Shown here piece by piece: positions 51,177 to 64,000 of a stretch of 64,000 bases of DNA; position 1 is the first letter of the stretch, and the number at the start of each line of letters is the position of its first letter. Origin of the DNA: Leucoraja erinacea (Eukaryota); the NCBI RefSeq assembly GCF_028641065.1, contig NC_073410.1, positions 4,340,001 through 4,404,000 on the forward strand, given 5' to 3'. The position numbers and the translations under genes were made by a program. The notes beneath the pieces were generated by a model that saw nothing but the letters and a program-made list of their open reading frames with translations, made no database searches and was not told the DNA's origin.

Positions 51177-51786
51177 AATCAAGAAGGTAAGAAAATAATA
51201 CAATACATAAATGGAATCGAGTCAAACTCCAGTACAACAGGTAGAGCAAAGGGGAAGATACTGAGTGCAGAATATATTTATTCATCAATATATCCCAAAC
51301 AGTTTTTTTTGTCCATTCAATTTTCTGAGTTAGCTATGAACATAAGTGGGGTTAGAAGTAGCATTTGTTACAGAGCTACTGGGTCACTAAAGGCTGGAAC
51401 ATTCTGCCTGTGGTGTACTGTTTACACTCTTTACTGACCTTTGTATGAAGTAGAAACCTACTTTTTGTGGATTTCTGCTGAGAATTTGCTCTCCCATGCA
51501 ATGCCAATTCCAAACAGGCTTGTACTACATAATTCCATCAGGAATGTTGAGTGGATCAAATCCTGCCTGCAAACCGCTGATAAAAAAAAGCTTTGCGGAA
51601 ATGTTGAATTTGTTCAAAGGAACATGAGAAATACAAGCAAGTCATTCTGCCCCTCGTTCCTGCCCCACTATTCAATAAGATCATGGCTCATCTTTTACCT
51701 CCATGCCATGTTTGTCCACTGACACCATGTCTCTTGCTTAGTTTAAACATACAGCATGGAAACAGGCCCTTCGGCCCATTGACTCA

Positions 51787-52062
51787 GAGGGACAGGCAGC
51801 ATCTCTGGAGAGAAGGAGTGGATGACGTTTCGGGTCGAGACCCTGCATATCTTTCATATCTTTCATTTATTTGTTCTATATCTCTGTACATCAGCGTTTA
51901 TATCTCTCGTTTCCCTTTGTCGTGTCCCTCAGTCTGAAGAAGGGTCTTGACCCGAAACATCACCCATTCCTTGTCTCCAGAGATGCTGCCTGTCTCGCTG
52001 AGTTACTCCAGCATTTTGTGTCTATATTTGGTTTAAACCACCATCTGCAGTTCCTTCCTACA
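51787..52062. mobile_element. Penelope-derived fold-back element inserted in a V-SINE tail
   Basis: Inverted arms; core ctgaagaagggtcttgacccgaaacatc at 51934-51961; imperfect ~18-bp flanking repeat (51769-51786, 52063-52080). Confidence 0.8.
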
Positions 52063-52322
52063 CCTTTGGCCCACTGAGTCCATGTGGAACATCGATCGCC
52101 TGCTAACGCTAGTTCTGTTGTCCAACTTTCTCATCCACTCCCTACACATTACGGGTAATTTAAAGAGGCCAACACACTGACATGCCTTTGAGAGGTGGGA
52201 AGAAACTGGAGCACCTGGATGAAACTCACATGGTCTCAGGAGAAGGTGCAAACTCCACACGGACAGCACTCAAAGTCAGATCTCTGCCCTGTGATGGAGT
52301 GATGTGTCACAGTGCTGCACAT
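52063..52322 (-). mobile_element. V-SINE, diverged
   Basis: Reverse-complement V-domain (gtgggaagaaactggagcac...gcaaactccacac). Confidence 0.75.
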
Positions 52323-53351
52323 TTGATTCCCTTTGGTGGCAATGAAGTAGAGAAATCAATACTGAGCTGTTGGGAATGCCAACAAGTTTCTGCCCAACAT
52401 CTTCCATCATAAAAGTTAATGATGGCATCCTTCAGCAGATAATGGTGAATTCATTTCGTAAAAGCTATTAGAATTGCTTCTATAAATCACTGGAGACCAG
52501 CAATGCTAAACGGGCTGCATAGGCATATAATTGCGTCTGAGATTCAATTTGGTGCAGAGTGCAATGTGCAACCCCGCCAATGCGGTGTGATTAGCACTGG
52601 CAAAGATGGACGAATTTCCAGATCCACAAACCTCAGCCATAAATGTAATAATGTTGAAGAATCACGTCTTCCATTCACAATTGCACAGTATAGGAATTTT
52701 TATTGAGTCACTGCTAATAAAGAAAAACGAGGCATAAGAAACATTCTTAATCCTTATAACTTTTGTCACAAAAATGTTATTGCAGAGGATGCAATTTTGT
52801 TCTTCCATCTTTTCTGATTTGGTGTCTTTACAATGCAGCAGAGGGGAAAGTTATCAATCAGTAGCAAGTGGAATCATCTGAATACAGTCATAGAGCCATG
52901 GACATGTGCTGCATGGGAAAAGGCCCTTCGTCCCATCAAGTCCATGCTGATCAAAAAACTACTCCAAACCATATTTGTCTTGTTGTTCCCAACAATGTAC
53001 CTACACTTCCCTCTTAACCCCCCCCCCCCCCCCCCCCCACCCCACCCTTCCACACACACACTTCCTGATTCAACTACTCATCTGAAAATTAGGGGCAATT
53101 TGTAAAGGCCAGTTAACGTACCAGTGAAGTGCTTCTGTCCAAGTATGGTCACTGAAGAAAATTTACATGCAATGAGATCCCATACACAGCCATCATAAAG
53201 ACTCCAGATGTTTAATGAGGGGGATACAATTGGGTGAGATAGGTGGAAAACTTCCTTTTCTCTGCTGGCATTTGGTTTTTGCAAGGTTCGGATAAAGTTT
53301 TGGTTTAACATTTCACGACAAAGATGCCATCGACAGCCTCAATTGAATGGG

Positions 53352-53460
53352 AAGCACAAGAAGCTGGAGTAATTCAGCGGGACAGGCAGCATTTCCGGAG
53401 AGAAGGAATGCGTTACGTTTCGGGTTAAGACCCTTCTTCAGACTGAAAGTCACGGGAAAA
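53352..53460 (-). mobile_element. Penelope-derived short element with an intact hammerhead core in LRMDA-sense orientation
   Basis: Minus strand CTGAAGA-A-GGGT CTTA ACCC-GAAAC-GTA at 53441-53414. Confidence 0.75.
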
Positions 53461-53759
53461 CAATTGAATGGTGACTGAACCACTTTAGCTTTCAAATCAG
53501 GAGTCAGAATGGTATCATTGAGGCAAGGCTTTATCTGCATAAAACTCTTGCCCATATGATGCTCTAGTTTGCTTTAAACTTACGTCTCATTTTCAACTTT
53601 TTCTACAACTCTTCCATTATTGCATGAGTGAATTTTGCCATGTCAGTGATCAACTTCAACTGACAAAGCATTCTCAACTCTGCTGCAAAAGATTGTGGGT
53701 CACATTCTGATCCAGGTATTTCTGCAATTTGCCCAGGCTGGTAACCCATGCACTATTGA

Positions 53760-54070
53760 AGAAATACCACCAGATTCAGGAACAGTTTCTTCACTTCTGT
53801 TATTGGGCTTCTGTACGTTCCTTCCACAATTTCCGGTACTGTCTGATTCACTTCTACCCCATTGCGGACATTGGACATTATCTCTGGAACTGATGGCTAC
53901 ATTGTTGAAAACTATATTCTGCACTCTGTATTTTCCCCTTTGCTCTACCTATTGTACTTGAGTTTGACTTTATTTATATTTACGTATGGTATATCTGATC
54001 CGATCAGTTAGCATTCCAAATATAGATGTACACTGTACCTCAGTACACATGACAATGATAAACCTAAACC
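53760..54070 (+). mobile_element. Rex1/Babar-type 3' end
   Basis: accaccagattcaggaacagtttctt...; ends tgacaatgataaacctaaacc. Confidence 0.65.
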
Positions 54071-54574
54071 GTAGCAATGTTTGGATAAGAATGCCTCTCC
54101 GATCGCTGCAGAAAGTTCAATAGTTCTATCTACGAAAAGAGCAGAAAAGACTCTGTGAAGTTCTGGCCAAAATTTATCTTCAATGAGCAAAGATATTCCT
54201 GGTGCAGTCCAGCACTCAAATTGACTGCAAGATCAGCACAGTGACTACAAAACATTAGTGGCTCCACACTACATCATTGGTTGTTAACTATTTTGCCAAG
54301 CCCTGAATTTGTGTAATGCACTTTTCCTTGTCTCTTTTCTTCTTCCCACATAGTGATGGGTATTTGCCAGCAGTGCTGCTAAGTTGAACCCAACTGCAAG
54401 TAATCTGCATTCTATGCCTGCCCAGTATGTTGCAAACGCATACCCCTTTCTCCACAGTCAGAACCAAAGTAACTTTCCACAACAGTTTGAGTGCAGTTCG
54501 AACTCCTGGCCCAGAATCAACAGACCCAATTAATAAATTAAAAGAATACCACAGTTTAGAGGAATATTTTCCTT

Positions 54575-54860
54575 TAGTTTAATTTAGTTTAGCTTAGAGA
54601 TACAGCGTGCAGACAGGCCCTTCAGCCCACCGAGTTCGCGCCGACCAGGGATCACCCCGTACGCTAGCACCATCCTACACATGAGGGACAATTTACAATT
54701 CTTACCGAATCCAATTAACCTGCAAACCTGTACGTCTTTGTAGTGTGGGAGGAAAGCAGATCACCCGGAGAAAACCCATGCAGGTCACAGGGAGAACGTA
54801 CAGACTCCGTGCAGACAGCACCCGTAGACAGGATCGAACCTGCGTCTCAAGCGCTGTAGG
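54575..54860 (-). mobile_element. V-SINE (HE1-like)
   Basis: Reverse complement of B box (ggatcgaacc), V-domain and (ctaaa)n tail. Confidence 0.87.
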
Positions 54861-55062
54861 ATGGGTGAATCACCAAAGCTGAGGTACATATAAAGTTGGT
54901 CTTGTAGGCGGCGGTGAATCTCTAGACTTCTTTAGCCTGACAGGTTGTGGAAGCAGTTTCATTAGACCCTGTGTCTACGAGAACAACTTTATATGTACCT
55001 CAGCTTTAAATGACCAGCCTCTTATCTTGTAGTTATGGTCCTTCTTTGATGATTCTCCCACT

Positions 55063-55460
55063 AATGGGCTTGTACACGCTGGAGTTTAGAGGATATCTTA
55101 TTGAAACATATAAATGGGTTAAAGGTTTGGACACGCTAGAGGCAGGAAACATGTCCCCAATGTTGGGGGATTCTGGAACCAGGGGCCACAGTTTAAGAAT
55201 AAGGGGTAAGCCATTTAGAACGGAGACGAGGAAACACTTTTGTGAGTCTGTGGAATTCACTTCCTCAGAGGGCGGTGGAGGCCGGTTCTCTGGATACTCT
55301 AGTTGGGCTCTTAAAGATAGTGAAGTCAGGGGTTATGGGAAGAAGGCAGGAATGGGGTACTGATTGGGGATGATCAGCCATGATCACATTGAATGGCGAT
55401 GCTGACTCGAAGGGCCGAATGGCCTACTCCTGCACCTATTGTCTAATTGTCTATTGTCTA
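55063..55460 (+). mobile_element. CR1 3' fragment nested in an older minus-strand CR1 (extending to ~56150)
   Basis: GLYTLEFR..LIETYK..GHSLRIRGKPFRTETRK; the older copy gives EWANGCQM..YHLNGERL..QRDL.VLMH. Confidence 0.83.
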
Positions 55461-56445
55461 ATGAAAATATCCCAGCATCTCCCATGTCAAGCCCCCTTAG
55501 AATTTTATATGTTTGAATAAGGATACTCAAACCTTTATTCATTCTTCTAAACTGCAACAAATACAGGCCCAACCAATTTAGTGGCTTTCAGTAAGATAGT
55601 TCTCCCATTTCTGGAATTAGCCTGAGAATCCCCTTTGTTTTGCCTCACCTGTTACTCTATCTTTGCTTAGGTAAGAGGACTAAAACTGTATGCAGTATTC
55701 CAGCTGAGGCCTCATCAACATCCTGAAAAATTGCAACAAAACGGGTCTATTTGTAAACTCAATGCCTTTGCAATGAAGGACATAATGCCACTGGCCTTCT
55801 CATCTAATATATGGATCTGCCAGCTAGATTTTTGTGATTGATGCATTAGAACATTTAGATCCCTCTGTACTTCATTCCTTTGCAGTCTCTCTCCATTTAG
55901 ATGATAATCTGCCTTTTGGATTTCTCTTACCACGGTGCATCTTGACCACTCCATTTGACAGCCATTCGCCCACTCACTCAACCCAAATCCTTTTGTAGAA
56001 ATACAATATCCTTATCACGTATTTATGTGTCATTGGAAAATGTGGAAGCCTTACGTCCTGTTCACTTCCTCCAGTTAATTTAATATAAATAACGAACAAA
56101 TACAGGCTAAGAACTGATCCCTCCAGTACTCCATTACGTCTTTCCAAATGTACTCTATTCAGGATCACATACACTCTTTCCCAAACTGTCCATTCAGTTT
56201 CAAATAACTAAGTACATTTACCCACAAAGCATTTTGTAATGGATCATCTAATTAATCTTGTCATTTCTCATTCCTCTAACTGAAAGATTATACTTATCAT
56301 TTCTCAGCACTACATTTCATTTATGAAGATATATCCATTATACCCTCTTATTAGTTCATTATATCTTCCAACTTTTTGCCACGTACACATTTGAAAACCA
56401 AGTTGAAGTAATTGTATACATGAAGAAAGGTAGCCCCGTCATTAA

Positions 56446-57055
56446 TGGGCCTGTCCCACTTATGTAACATTTTCGGCGACTGCCGGCACCCGTCATAGGT
56501 TGTTGCAGATCTCCGAAAATTTTCAACGTTGAAAATCCAGCGGTGACCAGAACAAGGTACGACTTTTTGGGCAAAATCTACGAAACGACAAGACGATTGT
56601 TAATTTTTATAGCGATAATATGTAAGTTTTAAAATTATTCTCTGTTTCGCAACCTCTCGCAGAGGTGTTTTATAAAGCAAACAATTAAAGGTATGTACCT
56701 TATTTTTACATTAAATGGGTTATATATAACCCTGAATTCAAGGAATCTATAACGAATAGTTCATTTTGGGCTTTTTATATCCCGCAGTATTTTTCTCGGC
56801 ATTTGAGGGCACTAATCCAGTTAGTTAGTTCTAAACCAGCATACATTGGCCGATTTAAATGGGCATTTATAAACTAAATAGGTTCCAGTAAATTAGATAT
56901 GAATATGCAAAATTATTTGGCATAATTTTGGACACTGGGTTGTGGAAGATTTTCTGTTTCTATCATCTGTAATGTGAAAATCTATGGGAACAAGATGCTA
57001 ATTTCGAGTGAAAATGGTCGCTGGTGAATTTGGTGTCAATAAAATCATCTGATGG
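56446..57055. mobile_element. Truncated Harbinger-type MITE end plus a probable unclassified transposon fragment
   Basis: taa-tgggcctgtcccactta TIR at ~56446 with no partner TIR seen; the following sequence retains more CpG than its flanks. Confidence 0.45.
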
Positions 57056-57239
57056 GATAAATTGCATTTTTGTACACACAATTTGGGAGAGGATGAATGC
57101 AAATGCAGACGCTGGAATTTTTGGGGCAAAAATAAACTACAGGAGGAACTCTGTAAGTCCATCATCTTCCCTTATCCTGGCTGCACTTATCACTTTCCAG
57201 ACTCTGTCTGTACATTCCCCTCCTCTTTCCCGCTTATCC

Positions 57240-57512
57240 ACCATTGTTTCTTACTGATCCCTTTTCATATATCACTGACCAGTCTCTGCTTCTAAAGCTC
57301 CCTCCATCTGTCTATCATCCCCCCCAACCCATTCAATTCCATCCATCACCTTCTAGCCCCTGCCAACCCCCTCCCTCTCTATTGCATATGTGGGATACCT
57401 CCCCTCCACATGCTCAGTCCTGATGCAGGGACTCAAACCAAAATGTTGACCAAACCTGTCTCCACAGATGCTGCTTAAACCATTGAGTTTCTCCAGCAGT
57501 TTTCCTTTTTTT
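57240..57512 (+). mobile_element. Old Penelope pLTR-like segment with a decayed hammerhead
   Basis: gtc-CTGATGC-agggactcaaacc-AAAAT-GTT-gac at ~57417-57450 retains gtc/gac stem I. Confidence 0.6.
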
Positions 57513-60089
57513 CAGATCAATTTACTTCCGATTTTTAAACAGGAACTATGAGTATCTCTGGCAAGCTGACAAAAGTCAAACTTTTAAATGTGGTAATTGT
57601 TAAATTCTGATTTTTTTAATAAGTTCCGATTTTTTTTAAACTGGCAAAATGTGTCAGTGAATCAGGGCACTTATTGGGGCCACCATTTGATTCCAGTTTT
57701 TCCAATTGGAATGTTTTTAAAACAAAATATGGAGTTTGCTGTAAATATACTTTGGAGAACCTTTGGAGAGAACAGTCACCTATTCCTTTTTTCCAGAGAT
57801 GCTGCATGACCCACTGAGTTACTCCAGCATTTTATGTCTATCTATTCGGTATATACCAGCATGACCAGTTCCTTCCTGTACAATAACTTTATAGTCAATG
57901 CTCTTTTTGGAGACAAATAGGTGCCGGTACACATCTAACAGTTAATGCGACACCACTGGTTGCTGTGCATCAATCTAGTTTTGAAACTTTTTAGAGATCA
58001 CACACAGTGTGAACGGTCACAAAAATACTACTACATATTGTTAAGTGCAAAGGACATTATTCTGCTCTGTTGCAATGCATTCTCGGCTGAAAATTCTGCT
58101 GACAGTCATTGCCAATAATTTTCACACAGAGAATGAGAACCACCAGAAATGTTGGTCTTTCGCTATGACATCAGGCGGAGAGGAAGCGAAAGAAATATTA
58201 GGGAAAAAAACCTCTCCTGCTTTAGCATGAAGAACCAAAAGAAATCAATGGCCTTTTTGCAATATTAATAACATCTCGAGTTATATATTTTCCGATACTT
58301 TCTCATCAAGGTCATAGACATTAGGAAGGTTTTACGTATTATTTATACTACTTATCTGATACTTTCCAAACCATTTATTAAATTATGTCAATGAAATATT
58401 GGAGCTGTTCTAACTGCATTTATAAATAGGTGTTTATGTGTACACTTGAACCATTTCCCAGCCAAAGGCACTGTGTCACTAGGCTCTTATAGGCCCCAGT
58501 GAAAATACATTTAGCTCATTATAAACTTCCAGCAGCCAGCAATAACTTTAGTTATTGTCAAAAATGATGAACTACAGTACGATTAATGCAATGAACTATG
58601 ATTACTGAAAAAATGGAACTCCGTGCACCAAGTGTAGCTCAGCTCTAAAATATTAGAATCTACTATGTCACTGTAAGGGGGACTAGAAGCAAAATGCTGA
58701 GCACTCAGAATTATATAATTTATGCTTATTCAAAAAATTGCTCGTGATGCTTTTAGTGTCAGCATCACACTTGTGTTACTTCTCATCACAGAAATACATT
58801 AGATGAGATGCATGCTAAAGACAAAGCTATTTCCATAACCATCAATGCAATCTCAAAGACTTGGCACATCTACCAATTAATTCCAGAACAAATATTAGAT
58901 ATTAATTTATTCCTCTTACCTCCTCATTAGACGTTAGCAGTTAGACTAATAGCAGAAATGGAGCATAGCTCCAAAGTAATTTTCAAATCAAATGAGATTT
59001 TTTTTTCAAATTCCAAAAGTAGCATTTTTAATCTGTAAATGTTCATTTGTGCAGCAACTTCATTTAGACGTTGAAATGATTTAAATGATAAAAATCCTCT
59101 TTTCTATTTCTATTAGAATCAGACAGTAACAGAAAACTCGTCCCTGCATTATTTGACAGTCAAATTACCGAACAAAATGAAAAATGTCATTAAGCCCATA
59201 GGTTAAAAAGTGTCATGAACACTTTAAAGAGATATCCCATTTAACTTCAATATATGCATTAAATGTCACTAATGTGTTATTTATCATCTGTAATCAGACA
59301 AAGAAATCAAAGAAACACTGAAGTACTCCAGCATTCAGCACCTAACATCTCCCAAGAAATCAATGTTATTAATAATTGCAATGATAAAGCTCATATACTT
59401 GCTCCAATGTAAATCTCTTCATGAGAATGAATGATTTCCCCGTGGTTAAATATGGCTCCAGTTTGAAATCTAAACAGACAAAAGTTTGTCAGTTCACCTA
59501 CATTTGGCCTTTCTTTAAAGACAGATATCTCCTAAACTTCCCGCAGGGAAGAACTATTATTGACCTGGTAAGCTTAAATATACCACACTGTCAAAACAAA
59601 ATCTTGACTAATACAAAAGTAAAGTGAAGGCCGCCTGACAGATATTACGTTGACTGTTATATTTGGGTATTGGCAGCAGCATCATATTTGCACTACAGCT
59701 GAAAAATCTGTCCAACATAATACACACATGGGAAATTACGTCTCAACAGATATTCACATTGAATATCTGTTAAGCTTCCAAGTTCACTTACACTACAGCA
59801 ATGATAGGAAATATGTCAGTTTCAATGTGCCAATTCCCGTATTCTGTGTTGTTAGTGCTAGGGGAACTGTACGAGGTGTAACAATCTCCACTTTGTGCAT
59901 GGATACAAAACCTTTATTTTTCAGATGCAAAGTAAAAGTAAATTTCAGCCTCCAACAGCAGATGTAATCCAAGCCACCAACGTCAACCCAATTATAAAGC
60001 AGCCTTTCAACAGGACAGTCCTTGTCCTCATCCATACTGATCAAATGGAGCAGGGGATATTATTTACAAGGAGTGATTGAACAAACTTA

Positions 60090-61115
60090 GTCATAAAGTT
60101 ATACAGCATGGAAACAGGTGCTTTGGCCCAACTTGCCCATGCCAACCCAAGTGCTCCATCTACACTGGTCCCAACTGCCTGCGTTTAGCCTATATATATA
60201 TATCCCTCTATACCTTTCCTATCCATGTATCTGTCCAAATGTCTTCCTAATGTTGTTATAGTACCTGCCTCAACTACCTCCTCTGGCACCTTGTTCCTAA
60301 TACCACCCGCACATACTGTGTGAAAAAGTTGTCCTCCAGGTTCCTATTAAATCTTTCCCCTCTCACTTTGAAACTGTGACCTCTAGTTCTTGATTCCCCA
60401 ACTCTGGGTAAAGGACCCTGTGCAGTGGTGGACTGGCCAGGGTGTCAGCTTGCCCAATGGCAAGTCGGCCCCTATATCAAGTGGGCCCCTGATGGTGGGC
60501 CCCCTTTGTCTCCTGGCAACCTCATATTTTTAGACCCAGTCCGCCACTGACCCTGTGCATCTAGCCTATCTGTTCCCCCTCATGATCTTATCCACCTCTA
60601 TAAGATCACCCCTCATTCTCCAGCGGTCCAAAGAATAAAGTTGTAGCCTAATCAAACTCTCCCTATGGGTCAGGCCCTGAAGTCCTGACAACATAAATTT
60701 TATCGGAGGTACACCATCTGCAATTCCTTCTTAACCACTTTGTTGTGTACCTTCGATTTTCCAGCATCTGCAGCTCCTTCTTAAACAAATACATTTTATC
60801 TGGACTCTTTCCAGCTTAACAACATCATTCTGAAAACAGGATGATGGAATCTGAATACAATACTCCAAATACGACCTCACCAATGTCTAGCACAACTGTG
60901 ACATAACATCTTACTTCACTTGCTAACCTGACTGATGAAGGTATATGTGCTGAAAGCCTTCCTGACCACCTTATCTACTTGAGACGCCACTTTCAAGGAT
61001 CTATGGACCTGCCCTCCTAGATCCCTCTGCTTTACAACACTCCCCAGAGCCTTGCCATTCACTGTGAAGGTCCTGCCCTGGTTTTGACTTCCCAAAATGG
61101 AACACCTCACACTTA
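60090..61115 (-). mobile_element. ~1-kb CR1 fragment with nested insertions
   Basis: GRTFTVNGKALGSVVKQRDLG.QVH.SLKVASQVDKVVRKA, running through to the 3' UTR. Confidence 0.87.
60423..60549. mobile_element. 127-bp hAT-type MITE
   Basis: TIRs cagtggtggactgg / ccagtccgccactg; perfect 8-bp TSD ACCCTGTG (60415-60422, 60550-60557). Confidence 0.9.
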
Positions 61116-61127
61116 GACACATAATCA

Positions 61128-61340
61128 AAAGTAGACATAAAATGCTGGAGTTACTCACCAGGATAGGCAGCATCTCTGGATAGAAAGATATTTTGGGTGA
61201 AGACCCTTCTTCAGACTGAAACTCAACCCAAAACATCAACCATCCTTTCTATCCAGGGATGCTGCCTGTCCCGCTGAGTTATTCCAGCATTTTGTGTCTA
61301 TCTTTGGTGTAAACCAGCAACTGCAGTTCCATCCTACACA
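61128..61340. mobile_element. Penelope-derived fold-back element
   Basis: Inverted arms around a central gacccttcttcagac. Confidence 0.75.
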
Positions 61341-64000
61341 TTTTATCTGCATTATCAAAGTAGCCTACAGTATTCTGTGCGCCTTTCATTAAGTCATATC
61401 ATAGAGTCATAGAGTGATACAGTGTGGAAACAGGCCCTTCGGCCCAACTTGCCCACACCAACCAACATGTCCCAGCTACACAAGTCCCATCTGCCAGCAT
61501 TTGTTGGTCCATATCCCTCCAAACCTGTCCTATCCAAGTATTTTGGGATGCCACATGATCAGATTATACTTGTGGACAATCCTGATGCTGCACAGTACAG
61601 ATCTTATAATGAAGGTGGGGATTTCACCCACTGTAACTTCACTGAAATCAACCAAGGTCAATGGCTGCATCCAGTGGAAGAATTGTGCAGCAGCCATTCT
61701 AATTGATTGTGTTCTTTGTTGACATGGGAGTGTCCTTGCGATTATATTCATTATATCATTTGTCTGGGGGCTCTGTGATAGCAATGTCTGATGCAATAAA
61801 TAAAAAAGGTTGATGGTTGGTGCTTGCTTATTGTTAATGGTTGCCATTAACGCTGGTCTCTAACTCCACTTCCCCTACACTCCCGAACAGAACAACACAT
61901 AACTCCATGTACATGACTTTGACATAAGTGCTTTCCTGGTAGTCAGTGGGGTTTTTTTAATCACAGGAGATAACCAGCTGAATTCACTGATGCATTCCAC
62001 ATTTTCTTATTGCTTCTGAGGTGCTGTGATTAGCCTCATAGGTGACAATGGTCAGGCCTCTTGGTGAAGTACCAGCAGCCGACTAGCCTCTGTGGTGCCA
62101 TAAAAGAGTAAGAAGTCAGTGTCGTGAGGTGGAGGGGCAGAAAATTAACAGCGACTTAAACAAAAATGTTATGTTCCTTTCGATTTAGACAAAAATCGAT
62201 TAAAAAGGGTGTAAGCAATAAAGATAATTTAAAAAATGATTTTCATAATTTTGGATTATGTTAAACAGAAGAAAAATAGATTGACAGTTACATGTAGGAT
62301 AAGGAATAATTAAATTAAATCCCAAAAATAAAATATAATTGTCTAGATGGATCCTGAACCTCTAAGTTCACAGCTGTCATTATTCTCACTTTCTTATATT
62401 CAAACGGGTTATTTATGTTTTGTTACATAGCTTTAAGTCTGCTTTACAAGATCTTCCAAATCAAAGTCAACATTCTTTTTAAAATATGTGCCATCAATTA
62501 TTGGGGGAAAAAAACTTTGTTCCATACCACTAAAAATAAAATTTGCAGATTCAAAATCCAATGAGTTGTAATATTTGCAATAATTCATTAATTTTGAGTG
62601 TTAGAGTCAACCACAATAGCATTGCTTTGGGATAAGATGAGTATAAAGATCAGGTCTTGTGCATTTCACTCAAGAATCTCAGCATCATCTCTAACAAGAT
62701 ATCAAGTTCCCACTAGATAAATTAATCATTTGCAGTGTCGACCTTACCTATAACAACTTCTGAATGGTTGACAATATTCCAGACTTATTTATCCAAGTAT
62801 ACTTAAATGACTGGAGAAGAACATTTATAAACATATTCAGCCTTTTTTTTGCAACAAATGCAACATTTCTACTTTATGTAATACCATAACCAAATATTCC
62901 TTACAAAGTATGTTGCATTTGCTTTCTCAGTCAGCTGTCTAAGATTCATTTCAGTCGCGTTTTTGTCCATATTTTAAATTACCAACTGTCTCTCTCTTCT
63001 TCCTCCCTCATCTCCACGAACATGTGTTTACCTGTCCCCTTTGCCCTCTCACTACACAGGAAGTTGCCAGTTTCTCATTTGACTCTTTCTTGTCAAAAGG
63101 GATACGAGTTGAGCTGCCAATTAAACTGTCTATGATCCCCTAGTGGAAGCCTCCTAATAAACTATTGCTTGCTGTGTTCAAAATGAACAGCTTAGTCCTA
63201 ATGCCACATGGCTGGTTATTTAGCGGCATTGAATAACTGGGCCTCCATTATCTCAGCTGAAGATAGCCTGTAGATTCGTACAACTTGATTGAGTAAATAT
63301 ATTTCCCAATATTTGAGGAGGAAATGTCAATGTGAGTTAAATTTAAATTCATATTTCACATGTATAATATTAAAATACATCTTCAAAATGGGCTAGAAAT
63401 TCTGATAGCTGAATGAAATATAAAAGGCCAAAAGGGAAAAAGTATTATGTGACAAATAGTGTGCTTGCAAATATGAACCAGATACAACAATGAAACATGA
63501 TGGGAAAAACACATGCTGCAATACTGCATATTGAAACTGAACGCATTCCACTTCATGAGCATATCCAAAAATGCAATATGTTTGTATAAAGTGCACACAT
63601 TTGTATCTTTGAATAGAGATTGTGGAAATAATTGTAAAGCACTTCTTGATTTATGCACAGGGTCCTTTGTAGTTTAGTTTGGTATGTGATTTGCACTTCT
63701 ATTCTATGATTTATTTATATAAAGTCTGTCTAAGAAAACTGAAATATCTCCATGGCTGGAAAATAAGTTACAGCTGCTGGCTTTCAGTCCATGAAAGCAA
63801 AAATCTCCTTGTGCTTTCAATAGTGAAGGCTTTTCCAATGAAGTTAACATTACAAAAGTCATTATACATATCATTTAAAGCCATTAGCAACAAATATTGA
63901 GAACATAATTTTTGTCCTAATGTCAAAAATAAATCAAATCCAATACACTGACAAGCATTCAGAGTAAAAATGGCAAAATTATGTGTTGATATTATATAAT

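Noticed and set aside
62740-62800. Strong minus-strand donor TAG|GTAAGG as a possible upstream LRMDA exon
   Set aside because: Upstream frame lacks the expected LDLSFNLL motif and hits a stop codon.

Overview
Vertebrate genomic DNA, most likely a cartilaginous fish (skate/ray). This is inferred from HE1/V-SINE-type SINEs and HER1-like CR1 LINE fragments. The whole window appears to lie inside one minus-strand gene, LRMDA (C10orf11). Three internal coding exons are visible (42245-42119, 40992-40853, 18758-18635). I found neither the N-terminal nor the C-terminal exons in the window. The first two visible exons are joined by a 1126-nt U12-type AT-AC intron. The rest is intron, containing CR1, Rex1/Babar, RTE-X-like and Vingi/I-like LINE fragments, V-SINEs, Harbinger- and hAT-type MITEs, and many Penelope-derived short elements. 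The Penelope-derived elements carry minimal hammerhead ribozyme cores and often form TSD-flanked fold-backs. Repeat-poor blocks hold dense PBX/HOX/MEIS motif clusters, consistent with the known enhancer-rich ZNF503-LRMDA region. One ~215-nt non-repeat block is locally duplicated and appears constrained. Nearly all ORFs in the supplied track are spurious or TE-derived. I see no clearly new multi-gene system; the best leads are the ribozyme-bearing fold-back family and the duplicated block. Repeat boundaries were read by eye and are approximate.
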